DNA from: Pyrinomonadales bacterium
Lineage (GTDB): Bacteria > Acidobacteriota > Blastocatellia > Pyrinomonadales > Pyrinomonadaceae
Length of the DNA stretch: 64,000 nt
Direction: 5' to 3'
Assembly: GCA_038200505.1 (NCBI GenBank)
Contig: JBBPXX010000005.1
Coordinates: 11,201 to 75,200 of the forward strand
Both the position numbers and the translations under genes were made by a program. The number at the start of each line of letters is the position of its first letter. Positions within the stretch are counted from its first letter, which is position 1. Shown here piece by piece: positions 9,031 to 17,376 of this stretch. The notes beneath the pieces are model-generated. The model was not told the DNA's origin, did not search any database, and saw only the letters and a list, made by a program, of their open reading frames with translations.

Positions 9031-10560
9031 TTACAAATCGGCAATTTTTTCTTCGAGGTTATGCCGTTTTATCATCCCGTAAAGTCTTGGACGATATAAT
9101 CCTAAAAGATTCGCGGCGGCTTGTTTATTCCCGTTGGTGCGTTTTAACGCGGCTAAGACGACTCCGTTTTCAATCGAATTGAAGACATCTTTTTGATCTT
9201 CACCTTCCGTCGGTTCAGTTAGTTTTTCAACAATATATTTCCCGACTTCTTCAAACAATTCTTCACCTTCCAAATTATTTTGATACAGCAAACCGCTGCT
9301 GTTTTTTGCAATTCCGTTTTCTTCACCATTTGTCGGCAGACGGCTGTTTATCAGACTTTCTCTGTTGGCAATATCTTTGTATGAAATAGCACCTTCAAGA
9401 TTTTCGGGTATATTCAATTCGGTAATCGTCCCGTCCTTTGAAAGCAAAATCGCCCGCTCGATAACGTGCTGAAGTTCGCGCACGTTGCCGCGCCAATTAT
9501 AGTTGAGCATTTGGTTATAACTTCTTTCGGAAAACCGGAAATCTTCCTTTTTATATTTGTCGGCATAAATTTCCAAAAAATGTTCGGCAAGCATCGGCAC
9601 ATCGTCCATTCTCTCGCGCAGCGGCGGAATTTTTATTTCGATGGTGTTGATGCGGTAATATAAATCTTCTCTCAAACTATTGTCTTTGATAGCTTCAAAA
9701 GGACTGCGATTGGTCGAAGAAATCAGACGAAAATCAACTTCCTTGGGTTTGTCGCTGCCAACCGGATAATAAATTTTTTCCTGCAAAACCCGCAGCAGTT
9801 TCGGCTGCAAACTCATCGGCATTTCGCCGATTTCGTCCAACAAAAGACTTCCGCCGTTAGCGCGTCCGAGAAATCCTTCCTTATCGCTCGTCGCGCCCGT
9901 GAACGCGCCTTTTTTATGTCCGAAAAGTTCAGATTCGATCAATTCCTTCGGCAATGCCGAGCAATTTAATTTTACGAAAGGTTTTTTTGAGCGATGACTT
10001 TTGTAATGAATGGCGTTGGCGATCACTTCTTTGCCTGTTCCCGATTCGCCTAAAACAAGAATGTTTGCATCGGATTCGGCGACGCTTTCGATTATTTCAT
10101 AAATATTCTGCATCGAACGGCTTCCGCCGATCACGCCTTCATACGAAGTACGGCTCGAAAGTTTATCGCGCAGTTCTTTGATTTCAACTTTTTGTTTCTT
10201 TCGTTCGACGGCTTTTTCAACCAAAACCAACAATTCTTCAAATTCAACCGGCTTTTCCAAGAAATAAAACGCTCCGGCTTTGGTTGCTTCAACAGCTTTT
10301 TCAGTCGAACTAAAACCCGTAATCATAATGATTTCGGTTTCCGGCGACAATTCCTTACAACGGCGAACCATTTCGATACCGTCAAAATCGGGCATATTCA
10401 AATCGGTCAAGATAATATCGAAATCATTTTCCTCGACCAATTTTATTCCCTTTTCGCCGCGGTCAGCCGTCGTAACTTCAAAGCCTTCCGACTTTAGATT
10501 AAACTTCATCAAATCCAAAGTCGCCGCGTCGTCATCAATTACCAATGCTTTATTTGCCAT
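9031..10560 (-). CDS. sigma-54-dependent response regulator (NtrC family enhancer-binding protein)
   Basis: REC domain (DIILTDLNMPDFDG), AAA+ Walker A GESGTGKE, a GAFTGA loop and a C-terminal Fis-type HTH. ATG at 10560 has AGGAA 7 nt upstream. The tracked ORF extends to a TTG at 10584. Confidence 0.9.
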   Translation of the reverse strand: MANKALVIDDDAATLDLMKFNLKSEGFEVTTADRGEKGIKLVEENDFDIILTDLNMPDFDGIEMVRRCKELSPETEIIMITGFSSTEKAVEATKAGAFYFLEKPVEFEELLVLVEKAVERKKQKVEIKELRDKLSSRTSYEGVIGGSRSMQNIYEIIESVAESDANILVLGESGTGKEVIANAIHYKSHRSKKPFVKLNCSALPKELIESELFGHKKGAFTGATSDKEGFLGRANGGSLLLDEIGEMPMSLQPKLLRVLQEKIYYPVGSDKPKEVDFRLISSTNRSPFEAIKDNSLREDLYYRINTIEIKIPPLRERMDDVPMLAEHFLEIYADKYKKEDFRFSERSYNQMLNYNWRGNVRELQHVIERAILLSKDGTITELNIPENLEGAISYKDIANRESLINSRLPTNGEENGIAKNSSGLLYQNNLEGEELFEEVGKYIVEKLTEPTEGEDQKDVFNSIENGVVLAALKRTNGNKQAAANLLGLYRPRLYGMIKRHNLEEKIADL

Positions 10561-10751
10561 AGACAATTCCTGCTTTTTATCCAAAAACTAAATTTAAACT
10601 ATTAAAACGAATTATTATAAAAATAATTTGCCGTTGAATTATTTTCATTATTTAACAGCTAATAAAAAATTCTATTTTATTGTATCAAAAAAATTATTAA
10701 GTATAAGAATAAGTATAAGAATAAGGAAAAATGATTCGAACATTACACACG

Positions 10752-10783
10752 AAAAAAGAGGCAAGTCCCCTTGACTTACCTCT
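10752..10783 (-). terminator. intrinsic terminator of the orphan sigma-54 unit
   Basis: 11-bp stem AGAGGCAAGTC/GACTTACCTCT with 1 mismatch. On the minus strand it is followed by TTTTTT. Confidence 0.68.
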
Positions 10784-10997
10784 TAGTGTTTTCGCTCCCC
10801 AGTCTTTATAGACAAAACTATTTAATCTTTCGCCTATTTTTTTCTGCCGATTAGGAAACCGATTAACAAACCGAAAATACCCGCAATGGCAATACTCAAT
10901 TCCGGTTTATCTGTGATTGTTGCCGTAACTTATTGTCGTTTTTCGGCTTTGATTAGTTGAAAAAGCGAACTGTCATTTTGTTTCAAAGACCATTACC

Positions 10998-11012
10998 GCA
11001 AAGTTCGTGCCA
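10998..11012 (-). promoter_or_regulatory. sigma-54 (-24/-12) promoter of an orphan ~230-nt unit upstream of the activator gene
   Basis: The minus strand reads ATGGCACGAACTTTGCG with GG-N10-GC spacing. An intrinsic terminator follows at 10752..10783. Confidence 0.62.
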
Positions 11013-11223
11013 TCAACAATAAATGGATTAAATTTAACAATTTATGTAAAGTAATTTTCTAGGAGTTACGCAGTTAAAAATGAAAAAGTAAGAAAACATT
11101 CGGAATAACTGCTAGCTGGAAGATTATAGATGAGAGATTAAAACGATAGATTTATTATCTATCAGCTATAATTTATCATCTATTGCGAATAATTTTCCGT
11201 TTGAACTGCGTAACTTCTAAAAA

Positions 11224-11296
11224 GTTTTGAGTTCAAACTTTAGTTTGTCCGCCGCGCTTCGCCGACGGAAAGCACGCTAAAGCGTGAACTCAAAAC
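11224..11296. repeat. 73-nt GC-rich structured element closed by a 12-bp stem
   Basis: GTTTTGAGTTCA at 11224..11235 pairs with TGAACTCAAAAC at 11285..11296. Two small internal hairpins are possible. Confidence 0.5.
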
Positions 11297-11387
11297 ATTA
11301 AAAAACTTATTTTACGGTGTGTTTAATATTATTTCGCAATGATTTAATACATAATAAGTTGCAGAAATTCTTTATCAATAATTTTCT

Positions 11388-11807
11388 ATGCCCGAAATCG
11401 TTAATAACCAACGCAAAATCAAAATCAATAATGAAATCTTTCAAGCATTTACTGAAAGTGCGGGAGAAAAAATCAGCGAAACCAAAGACAAGGATTTTAC
11501 AATAGCGTTTATATCGGATAAAAAGATGCGCGAATTAAATTTTAATTTTCGTAGCAAAAACTCGACGACGGATGTATTATCTTTTCCTTTTGAAACCGAC
11601 GAATTTGAAGATGATAATCTCGGCGACATTGCAATTTCGCTCGAACAAGCTGCAAGACAGGCAATCGAAAATAATCTTGATTTTGAAACGGAAATAAAGC
11701 AGCTTATTCTGCACGGTATTCTGCATTTATGCGGTTACGACCACGAAACCGACGACGGCGAAATGAATAAACGCGAACTCAAACTTCGTGATAAACTCGG
11801 AATTTAA
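11388..11807 (+). CDS. ybeY: rRNA maturation endoribonuclease YbeY
   Basis: Has the HGILHLCGYDHE zinc-binding motif. Length is 139 aa. Confidence 0.9.
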   Translation: MPEIVNNQRKIKINNEIFQAFTESAGEKISETKDKDFTIAFISDKKMRELNFNFRSKNSTTDVLSFPFETDEFEDDNLGDIAISLEQAARQAIENNLDFETEIKQLILHGILHLCGYDHETDDGEMNKRELKLRDKLGI

Positions 11808-11810
11808 ATT

Positions 11811-12269
11811 ATGGCGGCAAAATTTGATTATTCGCTCGATTATAAAAATTTGGATTTGAGAAAACACCCTGAACTTTACTGCATCGGGAAAGGCGAACAG
11901 GGAGTTTTACTTGTAGAGCCGTATAAAAGTGAAGTTCTTAGGCATTGGAGATTTAAAACGCCGGAAATCGCCGAAGAATCGAGCGCGAAAATTTACGAAC
12001 TTTTTCTCGAATACAAAGAGCAAAAAGATTTTGTCGGAATGGATATGGCGCGAAAGTTTTTGCAGATGGGAATTACGCGGGCGCGGCGTTATGCCAATCA
12101 TAAATCCGGGCGCAAGTATAAAAAAGGCACGAAGGAAATTTTGCCGATTGAAGAAGACAAAGTAAAAGCCGAATCCGCGAAAATCTTTTCGGAGAAATAT
12201 TATCTTGCCAAAAATGATGAAGTTTATCAGGCGTTGATGAAGGAACATAAGGAAAAATATGAAGAATAA
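11811..12269 (+). CDS. DUF4385-like protein
   Basis: The block HPELYCIGKGEQGVLLVEPYKSE..HWRFKTPEIA...ARKFLQMG.TRARRYANHKSG matches my recollection of the DUF4385 family. Confidence 0.65.
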   Translation: MAAKFDYSLDYKNLDLRKHPELYCIGKGEQGVLLVEPYKSEVLRHWRFKTPEIAEESSAKIYELFLEYKEQKDFVGMDMARKFLQMGITRARRYANHKSGRKYKKGTKEILPIEEDKVKAESAKIFSEKYYLAKNDEVYQALMKEHKEKYEE

Positions 12270-12277
12270 TCAAAAAT

Positions 12278-12829
12278 ATGGCAATTGAAATCGAGAAAAA
12301 ATTCACATTATCAAACGATCAGCGCGAACAGATTTTGGCAAGTTTAAAAGAATTCGGCGCGGAATATATCAGAGAAGATTTTGAAGAAAACATACTTTAC
12401 CAAGGCAGTATTTTGATGGAAAAAGGCGCGGTTTTGCGCGTTCGTAAAATTGGCGATAAAACGATTTTGACTTATAAAGAACCCGTTCAAAATTCATTGG
12501 CGCACAAACAGCGAATCGAATATGAAACGGAAGTCGAAAATGCCGACGAACTTGAAAAAATTATTGAAAATCTCGGTTTCACAAAAGCGTTGGTTTATGA
12601 AAAACGCCGAAAAATCTGGCATTTCCGAAGTGTGGAAATCGTTTTGGATGAATTGCCATTTGGAATTTATATGGAAATCGAAGGTTCGATAACAGCGATT
12701 GCCGAAGCGGAAATGTTTCTCGACGGCGAAAATCTGGAAGAAGAAAATCAAACTTATCCGCGCCTGACGGAAAGGTTCGGTGTGCGAAAAGAACACTTGA
12801 TTGAAGCGAGATTTTCAAAAAGTTCTTGA
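12278..12829 (+). CDS. CYTH domain protein (triphosphate tunnel metalloenzyme / class IV adenylate cyclase-like)
   Basis: Has the N-terminal IEIEKKF (ExExK) signature. Length is 183 aa. Confidence 0.75.
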   Translation: MAIEIEKKFTLSNDQREQILASLKEFGAEYIREDFEENILYQGSILMEKGAVLRVRKIGDKTILTYKEPVQNSLAHKQRIEYETEVENADELEKIIENLGFTKALVYEKRRKIWHFRSVEIVLDELPFGIYMEIEGSITAIAEAEMFLDGENLEEENQTYPRLTERFGVRKEHLIEARFSKSS

Positions 12830-12893
12830 TTTTATGCAAGTGTTTGAGTTATGCTCGTTCTATAAGAAATTTTCAAAAGGGAGAAAAACAGCA

Positions 12894-13469
12894 ATGAACA
12901 AACATGTCGTCGGGTTTATACTTTTTAATTTAATTGTCGGAACAAGCATAATTATCGCGGCTTTCTTTTATCAAATACCGAAATTTGAAAGCGTCGTTGT
13001 TACGCCTGTAACATCTGAAACTTATACGCGAAGCTGCTGGAAAGGTAATAAAAGATACGCTAACAAAATGACTTCGGTAAAAATTACACAGGCAGTTTTT
13101 GATAGTAAAACAGAAGAATTGAAGTTAGAATTATTTGTTCAATCAGATGTAAAATCATTTAAGAATATCAAAGTATCATTTAAGAATATTAAAGTAGCTC
13201 TGCATTTCTTCGTGAAAGACGGCGATTCAACTCGCTATTTGGCAACTGAAAAATTAACAGATGAAAAAATGGATAAGGTCAATATTGATCTTTCCGAAGG
13301 CGCAAAAATCACTTTTTTGATAACATCTTCATATGACTGGCTTGGCAATCTTAACTCACGCGAGAATTTGTATGTTATTCCTGAACTTACTTCAAATGCA
13401 AATACTTATGGAGATTACACGCCTGTTTTTGACGAAGCAAATGCAACGCCTGTAACGCTTGCCCGATAA
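12894..13469 (+). CDS. membrane-anchored hypothetical protein, 191 aa
   Basis: ATG at 12894 follows AAGGGAGAA. N-terminal TM helix. Contains an internal SFKNIKV duplication. Confidence 0.55.
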   Translation: MNKHVVGFILFNLIVGTSIIIAAFFYQIPKFESVVVTPVTSETYTRSCWKGNKRYANKMTSVKITQAVFDSKTEELKLELFVQSDVKSFKNIKVSFKNIKVALHFFVKDGDSTRYLATEKLTDEKMDKVNIDLSEGAKITFLITSSYDWLGNLNSRENLYVIPELTSNANTYGDYTPVFDEANATPVTLAR

Positions 13470-13496
13470 ATATTTTCAGGTAAAAAACAATTTATA

Positions 13497-13523
13497 AAAG
13501 CTGCTCGTCGAGCGGCTTTTTTT
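13497..13523 (+). terminator. intrinsic terminator after the 12894..13469 gene
   Basis: AAAGCTGCT-CGTCG-AGCGGCTTT followed by a T run. Confidence 0.6.
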
Positions 13524-13686
13524 CTTTGCAAGTTATTTTTCGATATAATTTTCAGAGATTTGCGCTATAGAAAATGCGATTTTCGGAAATGTATTTGATT
13601 TAGCCGAAAGTTCTTTAGGAATTGATTTGAAAAACTGCCGACGTGGTTTTTTAAATCTTTTCGGCAAAGCGCGGCAACTGAAGTAA

Positions 13687-13737
13687 TTCAAAGTTTAAGG
13701 TTCACAGTTTTAAGGCAAACTGACTTTGAACTTTGAA
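13687..13737. repeat. word-repeat hairpin (TTCAAAG/CTTTGAA words) 3' of the hybrid kinase gene
   Basis: TTCAAAGTTTAAGGTTCACAGT faces ACTGACTTTGAACTTTGAA. The stem is imperfect. Confidence 0.55.
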
Positions 13738-13743
13738 CTTCCG

Positions 13744-15693
13744 TTATTTCTTCACAATTTCCAAAATGTCTTGAATAATTACATCCGGCTCGAAAGGTTT
13801 GGTGTGATATTTTTGAAAACCTGCGCTGTAAGCCTTGTTTTTGTTGTCATTTGAAGCAAACGCACTGAGCGCGAGCGCGGGAATTTCTCCGCCGTTTTCG
13901 GCAGTCAATTTTCGGATGCGTTCAATAAAGGAATAACCGTCTTCATTGGGCATTGCTAAATCCGAAATTAGCACATCCGGCAAATTTCCGTTTGATTCCC
14001 GTAATAAATTGATTGCTTCCTGCGCCGAATTCGTGCTTTCAACCACAGCACCGCTTTGTTCCAAAAGCAAATGCAGAACTTCGCGTGAGTCGGGATCGTC
14101 TTCAATCACTAAAACTTTTATTCCTTTTAATTGCTTGTCATTATTTGAAACGGATTTTTCGACTTCCAACGGTGAAGCCGTCTGCGTTCCGCACAAAGGG
14201 AAAAAGATGGTAAAGGTTGCGCCTTTACCGACTCCGGCACTTTCCGCTTCTATTTTTCCGTTGTGTTTTTCGACTAAAATTTTGACAATTGACAAACCGA
14301 GTCCCAAACCGCTTCTGTCGAGCGATTGTCTTTCGTCATCCTGACGAAACTGCCGAAAAATGTTCGGCAGCGCACTCGGAATAATTCCCTGTCCGTTGTC
14401 TTTAACGGAAATTTTGACGGAATTAACATCGGCTTGAGCGTCAATTTTGATGTCGCCGCCTTCGCGTGTAAATTTCATCGCGTTTGACAGCAAATTTGAA
14501 AAAATCTGCTGCAAACGAAAAGCATCGCCGTAAACCTGAATATTTTCCACATTCGCAGTGAATTCGAGATTTATATTTTTCGATTCGGCGGCAGGCTGCT
14601 GCGAATTATAAGCGGTTTTGAGAACTTCAAAAAGATTTAACGGCTGCATTTCGAGTTTCAGCTTGCCGGACGAAATCCGCGCCGAATCAATCAAATCGTC
14701 AATCAATTTAGCCTGCGTCCGCGCACTTTTCTCAATGGTTTCGAGTGCGCTTTTTCTCGTTTCGTCGTCAACTTCCTTGGTCAGCAGAATTTTCGACCAA
14801 CCCAAAATCGCATTGAGCGGCGACCTTAATTCGTGTGAAACGACGGCGAGAAAAAAATCTTTGGCGCGATTGGCTTCCTCGGCTTCATCACGCGCTTTTT
14901 TCTCACGATCATAAACTTTTGAGAGTTCTTCGTTGGCTAGCTTTTTATCCGTAATTTTTCTGACAACGCCCATCATAATTTGTGGATTTCCTTCGTCGTC
15001 AAGATAAGTTTTTCCGCGCGATCCGATCCATTCAATATTGCCGTCCGAATATACGACCCGAAATTCAGAATTATACTCTCTGCCGTGTGTTTGTGATTCC
15101 TTCAGTGCGGCTTCAACCTGCGGACGATCTTCAGGATGAATAACTTTCATAAAAGAATCCAGAGCAATAATATCGTTCTGAGAAACTTCAAATAGTTCAT
15201 TGCATTTCGGAGTCGAATATCTTGAATCTTTTGCCAAATCCCAATACCAAAGCCCGACTTCCGCATTTTCAGCCGCGTAAAGCAGATATTCACTGCGTTC
15301 CTTATAATATTCGATTTCCTTTTCGCGGGCGGTAACTTCGTGGGCGCAAAAAAAGATTTTTTCTACTTTTTCATCTTCAAAAATCGGATGCAAATATAAT
15401 TCGACATTTATTTTTTCATTGGCACTGACTCTGAAATCCACCAGAATTTTTTCCCTGTTACCTTCCGCCGCTTGTGAAATTGAACTTTCGACCTGTTTGG
15501 CGATATGCTCCGACGATTGCCAATAAACCGTTTCGGAAAACTTTTGACCAATCAGGAGTTCAGGATTCGTATCTATCTTTTCAAAAACCCTTCCATTAAG
15601 GCTTTGAACAGAACCCTTAACTGAAAGCGTCCCAAAAAAGGCAAATACATTTTTGAAAATATCCAAAGTATAACCGTCAGGGGTAAATTCCAT
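13744..15693 (-). CDS. hybrid sensor histidine kinase/response regulator with PAS domains
   Basis: PAS-like N-terminal half, HisKA VVSHELRSPLNAI, HATPase GLGLGLSIV, and a C-terminal REC (DVLISDLAMPNEDG). The start could also be 15711. GGAGA precedes the ATG at 15693. Confidence 0.85.
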   Translation of the reverse strand: MEFTPDGYTLDIFKNVFAFFGTLSVKGSVQSLNGRVFEKIDTNPELLIGQKFSETVYWQSSEHIAKQVESSISQAAEGNREKILVDFRVSANEKINVELYLHPIFEDEKVEKIFFCAHEVTAREKEIEYYKERSEYLLYAAENAEVGLWYWDLAKDSRYSTPKCNELFEVSQNDIIALDSFMKVIHPEDRPQVEAALKESQTHGREYNSEFRVVYSDGNIEWIGSRGKTYLDDEGNPQIMMGVVRKITDKKLANEELSKVYDREKKARDEAEEANRAKDFFLAVVSHELRSPLNAILGWSKILLTKEVDDETRKSALETIEKSARTQAKLIDDLIDSARISSGKLKLEMQPLNLFEVLKTAYNSQQPAAESKNINLEFTANVENIQVYGDAFRLQQIFSNLLSNAMKFTREGGDIKIDAQADVNSVKISVKDNGQGIIPSALPNIFRQFRQDDERQSLDRSGLGLGLSIVKILVEKHNGKIEAESAGVGKGATFTIFFPLCGTQTASPLEVEKSVSNNDKQLKGIKVLVIEDDPDSREVLHLLLEQSGAVVESTNSAQEAINLLRESNGNLPDVLISDLAMPNEDGYSFIERIRKLTAENGGEIPALALSAFASNDNKNKAYSAGFQKYHTKPFEPDVIIQDILEIVKK

Positions 15694-15802
15694 TTTTTTC
15701 TCCATCTGCATACAAAAATTTTATTATAAAAAATTATACTTAATTTAATGTTTGACTGCATTCATAAAATTTTGATTAAGTGTGTCTTGAAAAGTTTAAA
15801 TC

Positions 15803-15844
15803 AAAAAAACCTCGACCTCCGACTTATTCGGAAGGCGAGGTTTT
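15803..15844 (-). terminator. intrinsic terminator after the lmo0937-family gene
   Basis: Stem CCTCGACCTCCGA/TCGGAAGGCGAGG (11 of 13 bp) with A7 on one side and T4 on the other. Confidence 0.6.
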
Positions 15845-15907
15845 AACGGCAAAAAAGTAAAATACTTATTTTCGGTTGTTGCTGCCGATCAAAAATGTAT
15901 ATCAAAT

Positions 15908-16054
15908 TTACACGACTTTTCTACCTGAAACCAATCTGATTACTAAAACTACAAGCGCGATGACTAGAAGTATATGAATAAGTACTCCGCCGAAACTGAA
16001 GACAAAGCCTAACAACCACAAAACTACCAAAATAACAATAATCGTTTCCAACAT
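15908..16054 (-). CDS. lmo0937-family small membrane protein, 48 aa
   Basis: Not in the ORF track because it is under 60 aa. Translation is MLETIIVILVVLWLLGFVFSFGGVLIHILLVIALVVLVIRLVSGRKVV. AAGGAGAA lies 6-7 nt upstream and a terminator hairpin lies downstream. Confidence 0.6.
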   Translation of the reverse strand: MLETIIVILVVLWLLGFVFSFGGVLIHILLVIALVVLVIRLVSGRKVV

Positions 16055-16233
16055 AATCTTTTCTCCTTATTCTTCCCTCAATTTTTGAAACTTATGCTTC
16101 TAAGCACTATAACTTTTGTAACTTCAATTTTTGTGCCAAACATACTAAGTTGAAGTAAGTGAAGAGTTTAAGTTTAAAGTAAGTTTGCCGGATTTATGTT
16201 AAATTTTTATGTAGTATTAAAACGATACAAAAA

Positions 16234-16701
16234 TTACCAGCGATGATAAGCCGGATGACCTTCTTTGACGACGACAAATAAACCCGAACAGGTCGCGCAG
16301 ACTTTATCGTTTGCAATCAGTTCCGCTTCAACAGTTGCGCGGTCTTCCGTCGAATCAACAACACGGGCTTTCAAATAAATCGTCGCATCCGCAGGTGTCG
16401 GGCGCAGAAGTTTGACCGAGTAATTTGCCGTAACGGTGCAGTCGGGCGCGTCCTTCCCGTTTTTCTCCATCAAAAAATGCGCCGCCGTCCAGTTTGAATG
16501 GCAATCAAGCAATGTGCCGACAATCCCGCCCGAAAGCATTCCGGGAAACGCCTGATGATGTTCGTCGGCTTTCCACTCGGCAATATATTCACCGTCTTTT
16601 TCAAAACTTTTTATCCGCAAACCCTTTTCATTAACCACGCCGCAACCGAAACAAATCCCGTTCGGCGCGTAAGTTTCCTGCAATGATTTTTCGCTGTTCA
16701 T
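16234..16701 (-). CDS. PaaI-family (hotdog fold) thioesterase
   Basis: The size and the GICFGCG ... GGIVGTLLD pattern fit PaaI/hotdog thioesterases. Confidence 0.7.
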   Translation of the reverse strand: MNSEKSLQETYAPNGICFGCGVVNEKGLRIKSFEKDGEYIAEWKADEHHQAFPGMLSGGIVGTLLDCHSNWTAAHFLMEKNGKDAPDCTVTANYSVKLLRPTPADATIYLKARVVDSTEDRATVEAELIANDKVCATCSGLFVVVKEGHPAYHRW

Positions 16702-16777
16702 AAAATTTTCCTTATTTGGTAGTTGTTAATATTTTATAACAGAATGCGTAGAAATTACAGATTGAAATTATTTTCAA

Positions 16778-17023
16778 CTATACCTGTCTGCATAAATTCT
16801 CCGTCAAAATTTCTTTTATCACCCTCTTCATCCGATGTTCAAGTCCCGTGCGCGTTAATTTGACGAGATAATCAACATAATCATCTTCGGATTTAAAACC
16901 GTCGGTGTCATTTCTAATCAAATCAAACCCGTGGTTAACGTGATCTTTAAGCAACTGCAAAAACTCGTCGTCCGACAAAATGCGATGATGTCTTTGCACA
17001 ATCAAAGCCCGAAAAAGCGGCAT
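16778..17023 (-). CDS. hypothetical protein or gene remnant at the edge of the R-M island
   Basis: The tracked ORF (to 17161) would run through the C-gene promoter. I take the internal ATG (MPLFRALIV...). No motif recognised. Confidence 0.3.
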   Translation of the reverse strand: MPLFRALIVQRHHRILSDDEFLQLLKDHVNHGFDLIRNDTDGFKSEDDYVDYLVKLTRTGLEHRMKRVIKEILTENLCRQV

Positions 17024-17124
17024 GTAATTCGTTCCGCCGCCGCTAAAAATTTGCTGCGTATCAATCGCACGTCCGTCTTCGCCACTTTTTTCAAAACAAT
17101 GAATTGTGACGCATTGTCCGTAGA

Positions 17125-17130
17125 TATAAT
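17125..17130 (+). promoter_or_regulatory. candidate -10 box (TATAAT) of the C/R operon
   Basis: A perfect TATAAT ends 21 nt before the GTG start. GAC-N5-GTC at 17108..17118 and the imperfect palindrome AGATATAATGTCT are possible C-boxes. Confidence 0.35.
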
Positions 17131-17151
17131 GTCTGCAATTAGTGAATATAT

Positions 17152-17376
17152 GTGTATGCAAGATTCTTTGGACTTCTTGGTAAGCGAATCAGAACTTTAC
17201 GCGAAGAAAGTGGATTGTCGCAAGAAAAATTCGCCGAAAAGTGTGGATTTGACAGAACTTATATCAGTCTTTTAGAGCGCGGAAAAAGAAATCCGTCCTA
17301 TATAAATCTGCTCAAAGTTGCCAAAGGTTTTGAAATTTCAATCTCTGAATTATTGAACATATCAAATGGCACTTAA
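17152..17376 (+). CDS. restriction-modification controller (C) protein, XRE-type HTH
   Basis: GLSQEKFAEKCGFDRTYISLLERGKRNPS is the typical C-protein HTH. GTG start. The 3' end overlaps the start of the next gene by 11 nt. Confidence 0.75.
   Translation: MYARFFGLLGKRIRTLREESGLSQEKFAEKCGFDRTYISLLERGKRNPSYINLLKVAKGFEISISELLNISNGT

Noticed and set aside
10701-10724. Tandem 12-mer GTATAAGAATAA x2 upstream of the activator gene as a regulatory site
   Set aside because: It lies in extremely AT-rich low-complexity DNA where such repeats arise by chance, and there is no partner site or palindrome.
10834-10929. Calling the 31-codon hydrophobic frame (…KPELSIAIAGIFGLLIGFLIGRKK) a CDS
   Set aside because: It has no ATG or GTG start and no RBS, and only an internal TTG. 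It is reported as part of the sigma-54 orphan unit instead of as a gene.
13154-13195. Tandem 21-bp duplication (ATCATTTAAGAATAT[C/T]AAAGT x2) encoding SFKNIKV twice
   Set aside because: It is an in-frame simple duplication inside a hypothetical gene, with no further structure. Too trivial to list as a finding.
15908-16054. Apparent frameshift in the lmo0937-family micro-protein gene
   Set aside because: My first reading dropped one base. Recounting codon by codon gives an intact 48-codon ORF plus stop (147 nt), with a good RBS and terminator.
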